This document shows, in pieces, positions 49,686-60,086 of a DNA stretch of 64,000 nucleotides (within the stretch, counting starts at the first letter, position 1; each line of letters begins with the position of its first letter). The notes beneath the pieces are model-generated. The model was given only the letters and a program-made list of their open reading frames with translations. It had not been told where the DNA came from and ran no database searches. The stretch spans positions 64,001-128,000 of the forward strand of contig JBNKHE010000004.1 in NCBI GenBank assembly GCA_050290185.1, given 5' to 3'. Both the position numbers and the translations under genes were made by a program. This DNA is from Pontiella sp. (GTDB lineage Bacteria; Verrucomicrobiota; Kiritimatiellia; Kiritimatiellales; Pontiellaceae).

Positions 49686-51770
49686 ATGAAAGTCGTCATT
49701 ACAGAAAAGCCCTCCGTCGCCCGCGATATCGCGGGCGTACTGAACATTACGGAGAAAAAGAACGGATATATCGAGGGCCGTGGCTGCACCATCACGTGGG
49801 CCTTCGGGCACCTCGTCACGTTGCTTGATCCCGGTGAATACGATCCCGCCCTGAAAAAATGGCGGCTGGATTCCCTGCCCTTCATTCCGGACGAATTCAA
49901 ACTCAAGCTCATCGAAAACCAAGGTGTGGCCGAACAGTTCGCGACGATTAAGCGGCTCTGCAACGAGGCAGAGGAAATTGTATGTGCCACGGACGCCGGT
50001 CGCGAGGGTGAATTGATCTTCCGCTACATCCTCGCATTGAGCGAGTGCGAAGAAAAACCGATTCGCCGCCTCTGGCTCAGCTCGCTTACCCCCGATGCCA
50101 TTAAAGAAGCATTCAAGGAGCTCAAGGATGGGCACGCTTACGATAACCTCTATGCCGCGGCCCGGTGCCGGAGCGAATCGGACTGGATCGTCGGCCTGAA
50201 CGCCACACGCTGCTACACGGTCCGCCACGGGCGGCTAGGTAGCTCGGACGACCGCGTCCTCTGGAGCATCGGCCGCGTGCAGACGCCCGTGTTGGCCATG
50301 ATTGTCCAGCGCGACGACGAGATCCTCCAATTCCGCCCCAAACCCTTTTGGGAACTGGCGACCAAATACCGCGACGTCGTTTTCAAGCATACCGGCGACC
50401 GCTTCGAGCAACCTGAGAAAGCGCAGGGGTTGCTCGAAAAAATTACCGGACAGCCCTTTGCTATCACATCCGTGACCGGCAAGCAGAAGAAGGAGCAACC
50501 GCCCCAGCTGTTCGACCTCACCACCCTTCAGCGCGAGATCAACAAGAGCCACGGGCTCTCCGCCGCCGACACGCTGGCAGCCACCCAGAACCTCTACGAA
50601 TCCAAGCTCGTCACCTATCCGCGAACCGACTCACGCTACCTCAGCGCCGACATGAAGCCGCGCATCCCGAAGATCTTCGAGCAGCTCAAGGCCATCCGCG
50701 CCGAGCAGATTGCACCCCTCGATCTGACCAAACTCGCGTTCACCAAGCGCATCGTCGACGACAAGAAGGTGACCGACCACCACGCCATCATTCCGACGGG
50801 TATCAACCCCCGTTCCATCGGCAAGCATGAACAAATCATCTACGATGCCATCACCACCCAGTTTATCGCCGCCTTCTATCCGGTCTGCGTGAAGAAGATC
50901 ACCACGGTCGACGGCGAAAGTGCCGAGGTAAAATTCCAGGCCAAGGGCACGCAGGTCATCGAACCCGGCTGGTCGGCTCTGTTTCCCAAAAAGGGCAAAA
51001 AGAAAACCGACGATAATGCCGATGACGACCAGACGCTTCCGGATTTCAAGAAAGGCGAAAGCGGTCCGCACGAACCCAATCTCCGCGAAGGCAAAACAAA
51101 ACCGCCCAAGTACTTTAACGAAAACTCGCTGCTGGGTGCCATGGAAGCCGCCGGCAAGTGGGTCGACGACGATACGCTGCGCGAAGCCCTCAAAGAGCGC
51201 GGCATCGGCACCCCCGCCACCCGCGCAGCTATCATCGAGACGCTTTTGCGGCGCAACTATATCCGCCGCGAAAAAAAGCAGATCCGCGCCACCGACATGG
51301 GCCGCTGCCTGATCGCCCTCATTCAGGACCCGTTGCTCAAGTCGCCCGAAATGACCGGCGAATGGGAGGAAAAGCTCAAACGCATCGAACGCGGCGAGTC
51401 CGAATCCTCCGACTTCATGGGCGGTATTGTTGAATATACCCGCGGCCTAATTGAACAGAGCACCGCCACCAAGCTCAACACCGACCGATGGGGCGACTGC
51501 CCGCTGTGCGGCAAGGAAATCATCAAGGGGAAAACGGCCTTTGGCTGCTCCGGCTGGAAAGAGGGCTGCACCTTCGTGCTCAAGCCGGAATACAAGGGGC
51601 TGCAGCTCACGCCAAACCAGGTACAGGTCTTGCTCCAGATGCGCGTCCTGCCCTACCCCGTGCACATCGAAGAAAAACCGCGCCTGCTCCTGCTTAGCAC
51701 CCAGGGAGACCTTGCTGACATCGACCTCCCGTCCGCCGACCGGCAGAAAAAGCAAACCGCCAAAAACTAA
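49686..51770 (+). CDS. topB: DNA topoisomerase III
   Basis: TEKPSVARDIA, ATDAGREGELIF, SIGRVQTP, TYPRTDS catalytic Tyr, DHHAIIPT, GIGTPATRA, C-terminal zinc ribbon. Confidence 0.95.
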   Translation: MKVVITEKPSVARDIAGVLNITEKKNGYIEGRGCTITWAFGHLVTLLDPGEYDPALKKWRLDSLPFIPDEFKLKLIENQGVAEQFATIKRLCNEAEEIVCATDAGREGELIFRYILALSECEEKPIRRLWLSSLTPDAIKEAFKELKDGHAYDNLYAAARCRSESDWIVGLNATRCYTVRHGRLGSSDDRVLWSIGRVQTPVLAMIVQRDDEILQFRPKPFWELATKYRDVVFKHTGDRFEQPEKAQGLLEKITGQPFAITSVTGKQKKEQPPQLFDLTTLQREINKSHGLSAADTLAATQNLYESKLVTYPRTDSRYLSADMKPRIPKIFEQLKAIRAEQIAPLDLTKLAFTKRIVDDKKVTDHHAIIPTGINPRSIGKHEQIIYDAITTQFIAAFYPVCVKKITTVDGESAEVKFQAKGTQVIEPGWSALFPKKGKKKTDDNADDDQTLPDFKKGESGPHEPNLREGKTKPPKYFNENSLLGAMEAAGKWVDDDTLREALKERGIGTPATRAAIIETLLRRNYIRREKKQIRATDMGRCLIALIQDPLLKSPEMTGEWEEKLKRIERGESESSDFMGGIVEYTRGLIEQSTATKLNTDRWGDCPLCGKEIIKGKTAFGCSGWKEGCTFVLKPEYKGLQLTPNQVQVLLQMRVLPYPVHIEEKPRLLLLSTQGDLADIDLPSADRQKKQTAKN

Positions 51771-51798
51771 ACCACCGTAAACCTTCGGGGAAATCTGC

Positions 51799-52200
51799 AT
51801 GAATTCCAAACTCGGGAAGAAATGCCTCCAGCTATGTGGAATGCTCTTCATCGCATTCGTGGTGTACATTATTGCAGCGGCCGATCACAACGCACTGCCG
51901 CCCGCTATAAGCCGTGTTTATGCATTCCCCGGCGGAGATAAGGTTGGCCATGTGGTTTTTTACGGAACCCTCGCATTCTTTGCCAACTACCTGCTTCATC
52001 CACGCTCCCTGCGGCTGGCAAACCGATCGGTTCAATATGGCACTCTGATTCTGTTCATACTGATCACCATCGAAGAATTCAGTCAGGCGTTCGTAGCAAG
52101 CCGCACTTTCGATCTTATCGACCTGGCTTGCAGTTATCTCGGCCTGTTTGCCGGAGCCGCGGTTGCGAAATACTTGAGCCGAAGCACGACAGCCCAATGA
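51799..52200 (+). CDS. VanZ-family membrane protein
   Basis: DKVGHVVFYG, EEFSQAFVASRTFDLIDL. Confidence 0.88.
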   Translation: MNSKLGKKCLQLCGMLFIAFVVYIIAAADHNALPPAISRVYAFPGGDKVGHVVFYGTLAFFANYLLHPRSLRLANRSVQYGTLILFILITIEEFSQAFVASRTFDLIDLACSYLGLFAGAAVAKYLSRSTTAQ

Positions 52201-52267
52201 TCTGGGACACGCGCTCTATTATTTCACGGGCCGCTCCGGAACGGGCGCAAGAGATCACCAACATCGC

Positions 52268-53266
52268 CTAGCGAAAAGGTTTGATAATCTGAAGTTTTTG
52301 GAATGTTTCGCGGACAGCGGTTTCGCTTTCTTCGAGGAAGAGAAGTTTGATATTGGGACCGGCGTCGATGGTGAGGTAGACCTCAAGGCCGTCGGCACGG
52401 ACGCGCTGGACCTTATGGATCATGGCAATCGATTCGGGTTGGAGGTAAATCAACGGCGGCCAGGCGGACATCATGGTGGCATGCATCGAGAGGGCATTGC
52501 GTTCGGCGGTTTGACCGAGCATCGAAAAATCCCGCACTTCGATGGAGCGGCGGATGATATCAAGGTCGGCATTCGCCTGCACAGGCCAGCTTTGATAGAG
52601 CTCGGACGTCTCGACGGTGCGGTTCATGCCATCGCGCGAGCCGACTGGTTTTTCGGCGGAAGACAGCTCTAGAACGCCGATCCGGAATTCAGGCCATGCA
52701 TGGGTCAACCGCTCGGCAAAGGAGTCGGTGCCATCGGCATTCGTTCCGGCATGCCACTGCACGAAACCCTCGTAGACCGAGCGCGAGGCACTGCCGCTGC
52801 CGAGCCGCGCCAGCATGGAAAGTCGCTTTTTATCCAGTCCCCATCCCGCCCAATCATCCAGCGCCATCACCAACGCCGCGAAGCCGGAAGCCGATGACGC
52901 CAGGCCGGCGGCCGTTGGAATATTGTTTTCCGTTCGAACCTCAAAACCACCATGGCCCAGCATCGGGCGAAACAGGTCGAGGAAGGTGGAAATGCGTTGG
53001 GAAAATGAGCTGTTGGGATCCTGCATTTTTCCGTTCAAGAAAACGCGATCAACGCCTTCACACACTGAAATTTCCGTCTGCGTTCCAAGGATCCCGAGCG
53101 AGACGGATAGACTGGAATTGACGGGAAGATTGAGCGCGGCATCGCGCTTGCCCCAGTATTTGCAGAGGGCAATGTTGGATGGAGCAAAGGCCGATCCCTG
53201 CTCTTTTGCTCGGGTTTTTGCGCCTGCGAGAATATTTTCCACAAATTGGGATTGTATGTCGTCCAT
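52268..53266 (-). CDS. mvaD: Diphosphomevalonate decarboxylase
   Basis: SNIALCKYWGKRD..LNLP.NSSLS, NNIPTAAGLASSASGFAAL, RLGSGSASRS, TIDAGPN. Start refined to 53266. Confidence 0.93.
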   Translation of the reverse strand: MDDIQSQFVENILAGAKTRAKEQGSAFAPSNIALCKYWGKRDAALNLPVNSSLSVSLGILGTQTEISVCEGVDRVFLNGKMQDPNSSFSQRISTFLDLFRPMLGHGGFEVRTENNIPTAAGLASSASGFAALVMALDDWAGWGLDKKRLSMLARLGSGSASRSVYEGFVQWHAGTNADGTDSFAERLTHAWPEFRIGVLELSSAEKPVGSRDGMNRTVETSELYQSWPVQANADLDIIRRSIEVRDFSMLGQTAERNALSMHATMMSAWPPLIYLQPESIAMIHKVQRVRADGLEVYLTIDAGPNIKLLFLEESETAVRETFQKLQIIKPFR

Positions 53267-53311
53267 GAATTCCTTGTGATGCCAAATCTTTAGCAATTGG
53301 TACAACGTCAC

Positions 53312-54418
53312 ATGAAGAAAATCAACGTCCTAGTCATCGCCTCCGTTCTCATCGCCGTCCACGTGTTGGTCTTTATCGCTGTCATCGGGTCGAAACCCAA
53401 TGAAAAGCAGGCAGTTGCACCGATCGCCACGTCCACTCCTGCGCAAGCCCCGCCGGTTTCCAAAGAATTTCAGGTGCCCGAGTTGGACCTTCCGGTTCCC
53501 GTAGCATCCGCGCCGGCGACCGCGAAGCCTGCCGTACCCACCGTAAAACCGGTGGACTCGATTGCCGTCCCCGACCACCGAGAGGGATACATGCGGAACG
53601 ACCGCCCCGATCGCCGCACCTCCAAGGTCTACAACAAGCTGGTTGGCGATCCGTATCAGGGCGCCATAGTGATCGATGCGCATACCGGCAAGATCCTGTA
53701 TGAACGCCGTGCGTCCACCTATGCCTACCCGGCCAGCGTCACCAAGCTCATGACCCTGCTGATCGTGCTCGAACAGATCGAAGCGGGAAAGATCAGCCTG
53801 AATGATCGCGTGGCCATCACCGACGAAATCGCGGGCATAGGGGGGTCTGGCGTCTATCTTGATGTTCGCGAGTCGGGGGAATTCACCGTGGATAACATGT
53901 TGCAAGCGATGATGATCCATTCCGCCTGCGATGCGGCCGCGGCCCTGGCAGTACATGTGGCCGGATCCATCGATGGGTTTGTTGACATGATGAACCAGAA
54001 AGCCCGCGAACTGGGCATGAATTCGACGATCTACCACACCCCGCACGGACTGCCCATCACGAAGCAACCCGACATCAGTACCGCCTACGATGTTGCCTTG
54101 CTGAGCCTGGCCGTATTGCGGCATCCTGAAACGCTGCAATACACCAGCACCAAGCTTGCCTGGTTGCCCACAAACAGCCTCCGCAAGGACAAGTTCATGC
54201 TGGCCAACCGCAATGTGCTTGTGGGCAAAGCACCCTACCCCGGATGCGACGGACTGAAAACAGGCTATCATAAAAAGGGCGGCTATTCCCTGGCCGCAAC
54301 GGCCAAGCATGGCGACCAGCGTGTGATCGCCGTAATCCTCGGCGTGCCCGACCGCAACACCCGCACCGACAAGATCCGTGAGTTGCTCGACAAGGGCTTT
54401 GAAGCATTGGCGAAATAG
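53312..54418 (+). CDS. D-alanyl-D-alanine peptidase, family S11, with SxC second motif
   Basis: N-terminal TM and Pro-rich linker; PASVTK (SxxK, 53735), HSACD (SxC, 53921-53929), PHGL, KTG (54257). Confidence 0.92.
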   Translation: MKKINVLVIASVLIAVHVLVFIAVIGSKPNEKQAVAPIATSTPAQAPPVSKEFQVPELDLPVPVASAPATAKPAVPTVKPVDSIAVPDHREGYMRNDRPDRRTSKVYNKLVGDPYQGAIVIDAHTGKILYERRASTYAYPASVTKLMTLLIVLEQIEAGKISLNDRVAITDEIAGIGGSGVYLDVRESGEFTVDNMLQAMMIHSACDAAAALAVHVAGSIDGFVDMMNQKARELGMNSTIYHTPHGLPITKQPDISTAYDVALLSLAVLRHPETLQYTSTKLAWLPTNSLRKDKFMLANRNVLVGKAPYPGCDGLKTGYHKKGGYSLAATAKHGDQRVIAVILGVPDRNTRTDKIRELLDKGFEALAK

Positions 54419-54448
54419 TGGAGTACGACGTCGGCCCGCGGCGGTGCA

Positions 54449-55183
54449 TTAACTGTACGGCTTGATCGGCAGGAACAGGAAACATGCAACTTGAACGGCT
54501 ACGCAAGCCCCGACTCCATATAAACTGCCTTTGAACAAGACATGCCAACGGCGGGTGCCGTCCTGCAAAACCTCCAGCTCATCCACCCACACGACTTCGC
54601 ATGCGCCGTCGCCGGAGTCCGTCCGGGTCAGGCTCGACACGCGAGCGCCCCGGCCGTCTCCGTTATAGGAGACCAGCAGGCCTTTGATTGATACCACGTC
54701 GCCGCGCTTCAATGCCTTGATTCGCTTTGCGAGATCGGGATCGGCGCAGAGCAGGTGGTTGTTCGATACCTTGTCCGGATTCATCTGGTCGAAGGCCGCC
54801 CGATCCCTGGTTTCAAAAAAAAGCCGGACACCATTGGTCCAGAATTTAAACTTACGGTAGATCTCCGGCTTCAGGTTGTCTCCCCAGATCAGGCCGGCGT
54901 CCTTGATATTGAGCGAATCCTTGTAGTATTCAGACAGCGCTTTGCTGAATCCGCAGGACACGACCATTCCTGTAATCCGGTAGTAACGCAACGGTGTTAC
55001 CGTGTATTGATATCCGCCAACCTCTACATGGAATGGCGGCCGCGCTGTAGGTTGCTGCAACGGATCCAAGCGGGTTGCGCTATCAAAATTTTCATAAGCG
55101 GGCAGTTGCCGGGCCTTCATATAGCCCAACACGCTCAATGCGGTGAATGCCACGAAGATCAATCGCCCCGGATGTTTCATCAT
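54449..55183 (-). CDS. Hypothetical membrane-anchored protein
   Basis: TM segments at both ends; SNNHLL and SSLTRTDSGDGACEV segments; function not recognised. Confidence 0.7.
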   Translation of the reverse strand: MMKHPGRLIFVAFTALSVLGYMKARQLPAYENFDSATRLDPLQQPTARPPFHVEVGGYQYTVTPLRYYRITGMVVSCGFSKALSEYYKDSLNIKDAGLIWGDNLKPEIYRKFKFWTNGVRLFFETRDRAAFDQMNPDKVSNNHLLCADPDLAKRIKALKRGDVVSIKGLLVSYNGDGRGARVSSLTRTDSGDGACEVVWVDELEVLQDGTRRWHVLFKGSLYGVGACVAVQVACFLFLPIKPYS

Positions 55184-55210
55184 GCCCCGCAACCCGCCGC
55201 GACCCGGCTT

Positions 55211-55663
55211 TTACTCGTAAATCCCTTTTTCGCAGGAGGAGACAAAACTTTCGGCGGAAGACTTCAGTTTTTCCCATTCGACCCGGATACTCTGTGCTTC
55301 TTTGCGATCGATAACCCCATCGTTCTCGATACTCTCCGTGAGGACATCAAGCAGATCCGAAAACTCACGTACAATCCGGCGGGTCATGTGCAGCAAGGGG
55401 ATCGCATCAATGTCCTCCTCCGGAACGTTGGGCACATAGTAGCCATCCGCCTTTTGACACAGCCATTGCACCGGCCCTTTGTCATGCGTCAGCTCATAGA
55501 TGCGGGCCACCCGGTCGAGCGGGTTCTCAGCCCCGCTGGCATCTTCGCTGTCGGAAGGTTGACACCATTTGTAGATAAGTGACGTGGAGAGCCCCAGATC
55601 CGACGCCACTGATTTCACGCCCAGATCACTGACCGACTTCTTGAGTACTTCATATGAGTCCAT
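55211..55663 (-). CDS. Phage regulatory CII-like HTH protein
   Basis: GVKSVASDLGLSTSLIYKW HTH, NPLDR, C-terminal DGVIDRKEA..IR.EWE.LK. Confidence 0.75.
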   Translation of the reverse strand: MDSYEVLKKSVSDLGVKSVASDLGLSTSLIYKWCQPSDSEDASGAENPLDRVARIYELTHDKGPVQWLCQKADGYYVPNVPEEDIDAIPLLHMTRRIVREFSDLLDVLTESIENDGVIDRKEAQSIRVEWEKLKSSAESFVSSCEKGIYE

Positions 55664-55800
55664 GTTAAATCCCCTTTCAAAACACCTTTATAAATAATGC
55701 CCATTTTTGCGCCTATTGCAAACCTGGACGCAAATTATAGCCCGGATTTGTTCCGGTATTTCCACCCCGGGCAAAACCCGACAATCCTCTTCCGGCAGAC

Positions 55801-55829
55801 TTGACCTGATGGAGGTTCGTGCGTAATGT
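55801..55829 (+). promoter_or_regulatory. sigma70-like promoter of tig-clpP-clpX
   Basis: TTGACC-N17-TAATGT upstream of the AGGAG RBS and ATG 55878. Confidence 0.6.
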
Positions 55830-55877
55830 TTCCGCCTTTTCCCCCAAATGGGTCTAAACACAGGAGATAAACGATTT

Positions 55878-57173
55878 ATGAATGTTTCAGTTAAGGATGC
55901 CGGCACTTGCCGCAAGACCATGACCATTGAGATCCCAGCCGATAAAATCGCCGAAGAGCGCGAAGAAACGCTGAAGGCATATGCTAAATACGCCAATATC
56001 CCCGGATTCCGCAAGGGCAAGGCCCCTAAACACGTAGTCGCCAAGAAATATGCCAGCGACATCGACCAGGAAATCCAGGATCGGATGCTACCCAAGTATT
56101 ACCATGAAGCCCTGCAGGAAACCGAACTCAAGGTCGTCAACGTAGTCGACGCCACCGAAGTGAAACTGGAAGAAGACCAGCCGATTTCCTTCGATGTCAC
56201 TGTGGATGTCGAACCCGAATTCAAATTGCCCAAATATGCTGACATCCCAGTGAAGGACGAAAAGGTTGAAGTCACCGATGCGCAGGTTCAGGAACAGGTC
56301 GATGCCATCCTCAACCAGCATGCCAACTATGAAGATGTCGAAGGCAAGACCGTTGCCGCCGGAGACATGGCCCAGTTGACCTACGAAGCCACGGTTGACG
56401 GGAAACCGCTGCAGGAAGCCATTCCCGAGTCTAAGGGCATCGGATCGGGCTCCGGCTACTGGGTTTCCGCTGATGAATTCGCCTTTATTCCAGGCATGGG
56501 TGACGCCATCATCGGCCTGAAGTCGGGAGATAAAAAGGAAGTCGAGGTCACCTTCCCGGACACCTTCATGGTGAAAGAACTCTCCGGAGTCAAGGCCGCC
56601 TACAGCATTGAAGTCACCGGGGTTCGCGAACGCCGCCTGCCGGCGATCGACGAGGAATTCTGCCAGAAGCTTCAGGTGGAGTCGGAAGATGATCTGCGCG
56701 CCAAGATTCGTGAGCAGCTTGAAGTTCAGGCTGAAAATGCGACATTGAACAAGAAGCATGAGCAGATTGTCGAATTCCTTATCAAAAAGACAAAGATCGA
56801 AGTGCCTGACAGCGTGGTCCAGCAACAGGCCCGCAATATCATGTATGATATCGCACAGCGCCGCATGATGGCTGGACAGACTCAGGAACAGATTGCTGAG
56901 CAACAGGGCGAAATCCTGCAGGAAGCGCAGGAGCGCGCCGTTGAGAACGTGAAGCTCCGCTACATTGGCCTGGGAATTGCTACTGAACTTGGACTGGAAG
57001 CCACAGGAAACGAGATCGACGAAGAAATCGCGACGATGGCCATCCGCCAGCGGAAGGACGCACGTGAGCTCCGCAAGGAAATGGAGCAAAACGACTCTCT
57101 GGACAGCGTAGGCGAGCAGATCCGTTTCAACAAGGCACTCGACTACATGGTCGAAAATGCCAAGATCAAGTAG
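55878..57173 (+). CDS. tig: Trigger factor
   Basis: IPGFRKGKAP ribosome-binding signature, FKBP-like domain, position before clpP-clpX. Confidence 0.96.
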   Translation: MNVSVKDAGTCRKTMTIEIPADKIAEEREETLKAYAKYANIPGFRKGKAPKHVVAKKYASDIDQEIQDRMLPKYYHEALQETELKVVNVVDATEVKLEEDQPISFDVTVDVEPEFKLPKYADIPVKDEKVEVTDAQVQEQVDAILNQHANYEDVEGKTVAAGDMAQLTYEATVDGKPLQEAIPESKGIGSGSGYWVSADEFAFIPGMGDAIIGLKSGDKKEVEVTFPDTFMVKELSGVKAAYSIEVTGVRERRLPAIDEEFCQKLQVESEDDLRAKIREQLEVQAENATLNKKHEQIVEFLIKKTKIEVPDSVVQQQARNIMYDIAQRRMMAGQTQEQIAEQQGEILQEAQERAVENVKLRYIGLGIATELGLEATGNEIDEEIATMAIRQRKDARELRKEMEQNDSLDSVGEQIRFNKALDYMVENAKIK

Positions 57174-57277
57174 GCTTCCGGTGGAGCCGCAAGGCAGGAT
57201 GTATGGATTATTGGATTGATGGGAAGCCCTGTTGATTCAATAATCCAGCAATCCATTAATCCAAAGAAGGAAGTGTA

Positions 57278-57877
57278 ATGAACGAAAAGGCACAAATGCT
57301 CGTACCGATTGTTGTTGAGCAGACCGGACGCGGAGAGCGTTCCTACGACATCTATTCCCGGCTCCTCAAAGAGCGCATCATCTTTCTAGGCACCCAGATT
57401 GACGACACGGTCGCAAACTTGGTGATCGCACAGCTACTCTTTCTCCAGAGCGAAGATCCTGAGAAGGACATCAGCCTGTACATCAATTCTCCGGGCGGAG
57501 TGGTTACAGCCGGCCTGGCCATCTACGACACCATGCAGTTCCTGAAGTGCGACATCACCACCTACTGCGTGGGACAGGCCGCGAGCATGGGTGCCGTACT
57601 GCTGGCCGCCGGATCCAAGGGGAAGCGCTATGCCCTGCCCAACGCACGCATCATGATCCACCAACCGCTTGGCGGGGCCCAGGGCCAGGCCAGCGACATC
57701 AATATCCAGGCGCAGGAAATCATGCGCATCAAAAAGATTCTCAACGAAATCCTGGCCAGCCACTCCGGTCGGAACCTCGAAGATTTGGAAAAGGACACCG
57801 ACCGCGACAACTTCATGTCCGCGATACAGGCGGTGCAGTACGGATTGATCGACGAGGTTGTAACGCACGCAAAATAA
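57278..57877 (+). CDS. clpP: ATP-dependent Clp protease proteolytic subunit
   Basis: [41 protein letters not shown]. Confidence 0.98.
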   Translation: MNEKAQMLVPIVVEQTGRGERSYDIYSRLLKERIIFLGTQIDDTVANLVIAQLLFLQSEDPEKDISLYINSPGGVVTAGLAIYDTMQFLKCDITTYCVGQAASMGAVLLAAGSKGKRYALPNARIMIHQPLGGAQGQASDINIQAQEIMRIKKILNEILASHSGRNLEDLEKDTDRDNFMSAIQAVQYGLIDEVVTHAK

Positions 57878-57888
57878 AAGGATGACCT

Positions 57889-59148
57889 ATGGCGGATAAG
57901 CATAATCCACCGGAATGCTCTTTCTGTGGAAAGAGCGAAAAAGAAGTCAAGCGGCTCATTGCCGGCCCTGGCGTATTCATCTGCGATGAGTGTGTTGGCC
58001 TGTGTGATGCCCTGCTGGGCCACCAGATGACGGAACGTGACGATGAGCCGGCGACCTCGCAGGAGATCGGGGTGCTCAGCCCGCATGAGTTGAAACTCAA
58101 GCTGGATGACTATGTCGTGGGTCAGGAGTCCGCCAAGAAGGTTCTGGCGGTCGCCGTGCATAACCACTACAAGCGCATGTTCTCCAAGCTGGATGAGGAC
58201 GGCGTTGAAATCGACAAAAGCAATGTCCTGCTTATCGGCCCGACCGGAAGCGGTAAAACCTTGCTGGCCAAAACGCTTGCCCGTTCGCTTAACATCCCCT
58301 ATGCCATCACCGACGCCACCACGGTAACCGAAGCCGGCTACGTGGGCGAAGACGTGGAAAACATTCTCCTTCAGCTCATCCAGGCGGCCGATTATGATGT
58401 CGAACGCGCCCAGCGCGGCATCATCTATATTGACGAGATCGACAAGATCGGCCGGCGCACGGATAATGTGTCGCTTACGCGCGACGTTTCCGGCGAAGGA
58501 GTACAGCAGGCCCTGCTCAAGATCATCGAGGGTACCGTGGCCCGCGTTCCTCCGAAGGGCGGCCGCAAGCACCCGCAGCAGGAATACCTCGAAATCGACA
58601 CCTCCAACATCCTCTTTATCTGCGGCGGCGCATTCGTGGGTATGGACGACATTATCAAGCAGCGCGTCGACAAGAAAAGTATTGGATTCGCCACCCCGGA
58701 AAAAGCAGAGCAGTCCCCGAACTTTGTTTCCATGAATGTCGAACCCGAAGACCTTCTCCGGTTTGGATTGATTCCCGAATTCATCGGGCGGATCCCGGTC
58801 GTAACCATGCTGGAAGAACTCAATGAAGACGAGCTGGTACGCATCCTGACCGAACCTAGAAACGCCATCGTCAAGCAATATAAAAAGCTCCTGGCCATGG
58901 ATGGTGTTGAACTCGAGTTTGAGGATGATGCACTGCGAGGTCTGGCCCGCATGGCGATCAAGCACAAAACAGGCGCCCGCGGTCTGCGCGCCATTATTGA
59001 ACACCTGATGCTCGACGTCATGTATGAAATCCCCATGCGCAATGATGTGACTCACTGCACCATTACACGCGATATGGTCGAGCACGGGCTCCATCCTCTG
59101 GAGGGCCTGAAGGTGGTCGAGTCGGATGAGCAGAAAAAAACGGCTTAA
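57889..59148 (+). CDS. clpX: ATP-dependent Clp protease ATP-binding subunit
   Basis: CSFC..CDEC zinc domain, [36 protein letters not shown] loop, GARGLR. Confidence 0.98.
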   Translation: MADKHNPPECSFCGKSEKEVKRLIAGPGVFICDECVGLCDALLGHQMTERDDEPATSQEIGVLSPHELKLKLDDYVVGQESAKKVLAVAVHNHYKRMFSKLDEDGVEIDKSNVLLIGPTGSGKTLLAKTLARSLNIPYAITDATTVTEAGYVGEDVENILLQLIQAADYDVERAQRGIIYIDEIDKIGRRTDNVSLTRDVSGEGVQQALLKIIEGTVARVPPKGGRKHPQQEYLEIDTSNILFICGGAFVGMDDIIKQRVDKKSIGFATPEKAEQSPNFVSMNVEPEDLLRFGLIPEFIGRIPVVTMLEELNEDELVRILTEPRNAIVKQYKKLLAMDGVELEFEDDALRGLARMAIKHKTGARGLRAIIEHLMLDVMYEIPMRNDVTHCTITRDMVEHGLHPLEGLKVVESDEQKKTA

Positions 59149-59173
59149 TACACACCGGTACACGGTAAAAAGG

Positions 59174-59204
59174 AAAGCCTCGGATACACCGGGGCTTTTT
59201 TTTT
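59174..59204 (+). terminator. Intrinsic terminator after clpX
   Basis: AAAGCCTCGG-ATACA-CCGGGGCTTT followed by a T-run. Confidence 0.82.
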
Positions 59205-59302
59205 GCAACAGTTGAAAGTAAATATGGTCTATTGCTGTGCTCTCTACCTGATTATGATGATTACCATGTTGCGGTGCAGGTGAATATACAAGTGGACCAA
59301 CT

Positions 59303-60067
59303 ATGAAACGAAGACCTTTTATCACAGCGCTCCTGTCTCTCCCGCTAGCCAGCCGCCTGTCCATTGCGGACGACGTGCAGGAACCGGCCTTTCAGCCCGG
59401 GGAAAAACTCAACTACAGTCTCGGCTGGCAGTTTATCGTCGCGGGCCACGCTACTCTTCAAGTGCATCCCGACGCGGAGCTGGATGGGCGCAAGGTGCGC
59501 AAATTCAGCATGACCGCCCGAACCACAAGTGTTGTTGACCACCTCTACAAGGTCCGGGATTCACTGACCTCAATCTCCGAGTACGACGTCAGCCGGTCCC
59601 TGGCCTTCAAGAAGATTCAGCGGGAAGGCGATGAGAGGCGCAATGAGACCGTCCATTTCGATTGGGAAAAGTACGAAGCCCGCTACCATGATGCGCTCAG
59701 TGACAAACGGAAAACCACGCCGATTCTGGACAACACGCTCGACCCCCTCTCGGCGTTCTATTTCATCCGCAACCAGACCTTTGATGTCGGCTCCGTGATC
59801 AAGGGACCGATGACTGACGGGAAACATTGCAAGATAGCCCAAATCAAGGTGATCAAAAGAGAAAAGATCAAGGTGAACGGAAAGAAGTATGACACGTTCA
59901 TGCTGGTTCCGGATATCAAGGATGTGGGCGGCGTCTTTAAGAAAAGCAAGGACGCCAATATGACCATATGGTGCACAGCCGACCACCGCCACATTCCCGT
60001 GCTGCTCAAGAGCAAGGTGCTTGTCGGAAGCTTCAGAGCCGAACTGGAAAGCATCGAATCGGCCTAA
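59303..60067 (+). CDS. DUF3108-family exported beta-sheet protein
   Basis: Tat-like leader MKRRPFITALL; FQPGEKLNY.L.W....AG.A, D.LSAFY..R, IW.T.D.RHIPV pattern. Confidence 0.8.
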   Translation: MKRRPFITALLSLPLASRLSIADDVQEPAFQPGEKLNYSLGWQFIVAGHATLQVHPDAELDGRKVRKFSMTARTTSVVDHLYKVRDSLTSISEYDVSRSLAFKKIQREGDERRNETVHFDWEKYEARYHDALSDKRKTTPILDNTLDPLSAFYFIRNQTFDVGSVIKGPMTDGKHCKIAQIKVIKREKIKVNGKKYDTFMLVPDIKDVGGVFKKSKDANMTIWCTADHRHIPVLLKSKVLVGSFRAELESIESA

Positions 60068-60086
60068 ACAAGCCGAGGCCCTTCCC

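Noticed and set aside
57628..59364. 578-aa minus-strand ORF (similarly 31821-33275, 62327-63772, 20313-21692, 2017-3189)
   Set aside because: Antisense to clearly conserved genes (clpP/clpX, icd, cca, aspS, kinase); no independent coding evidence.
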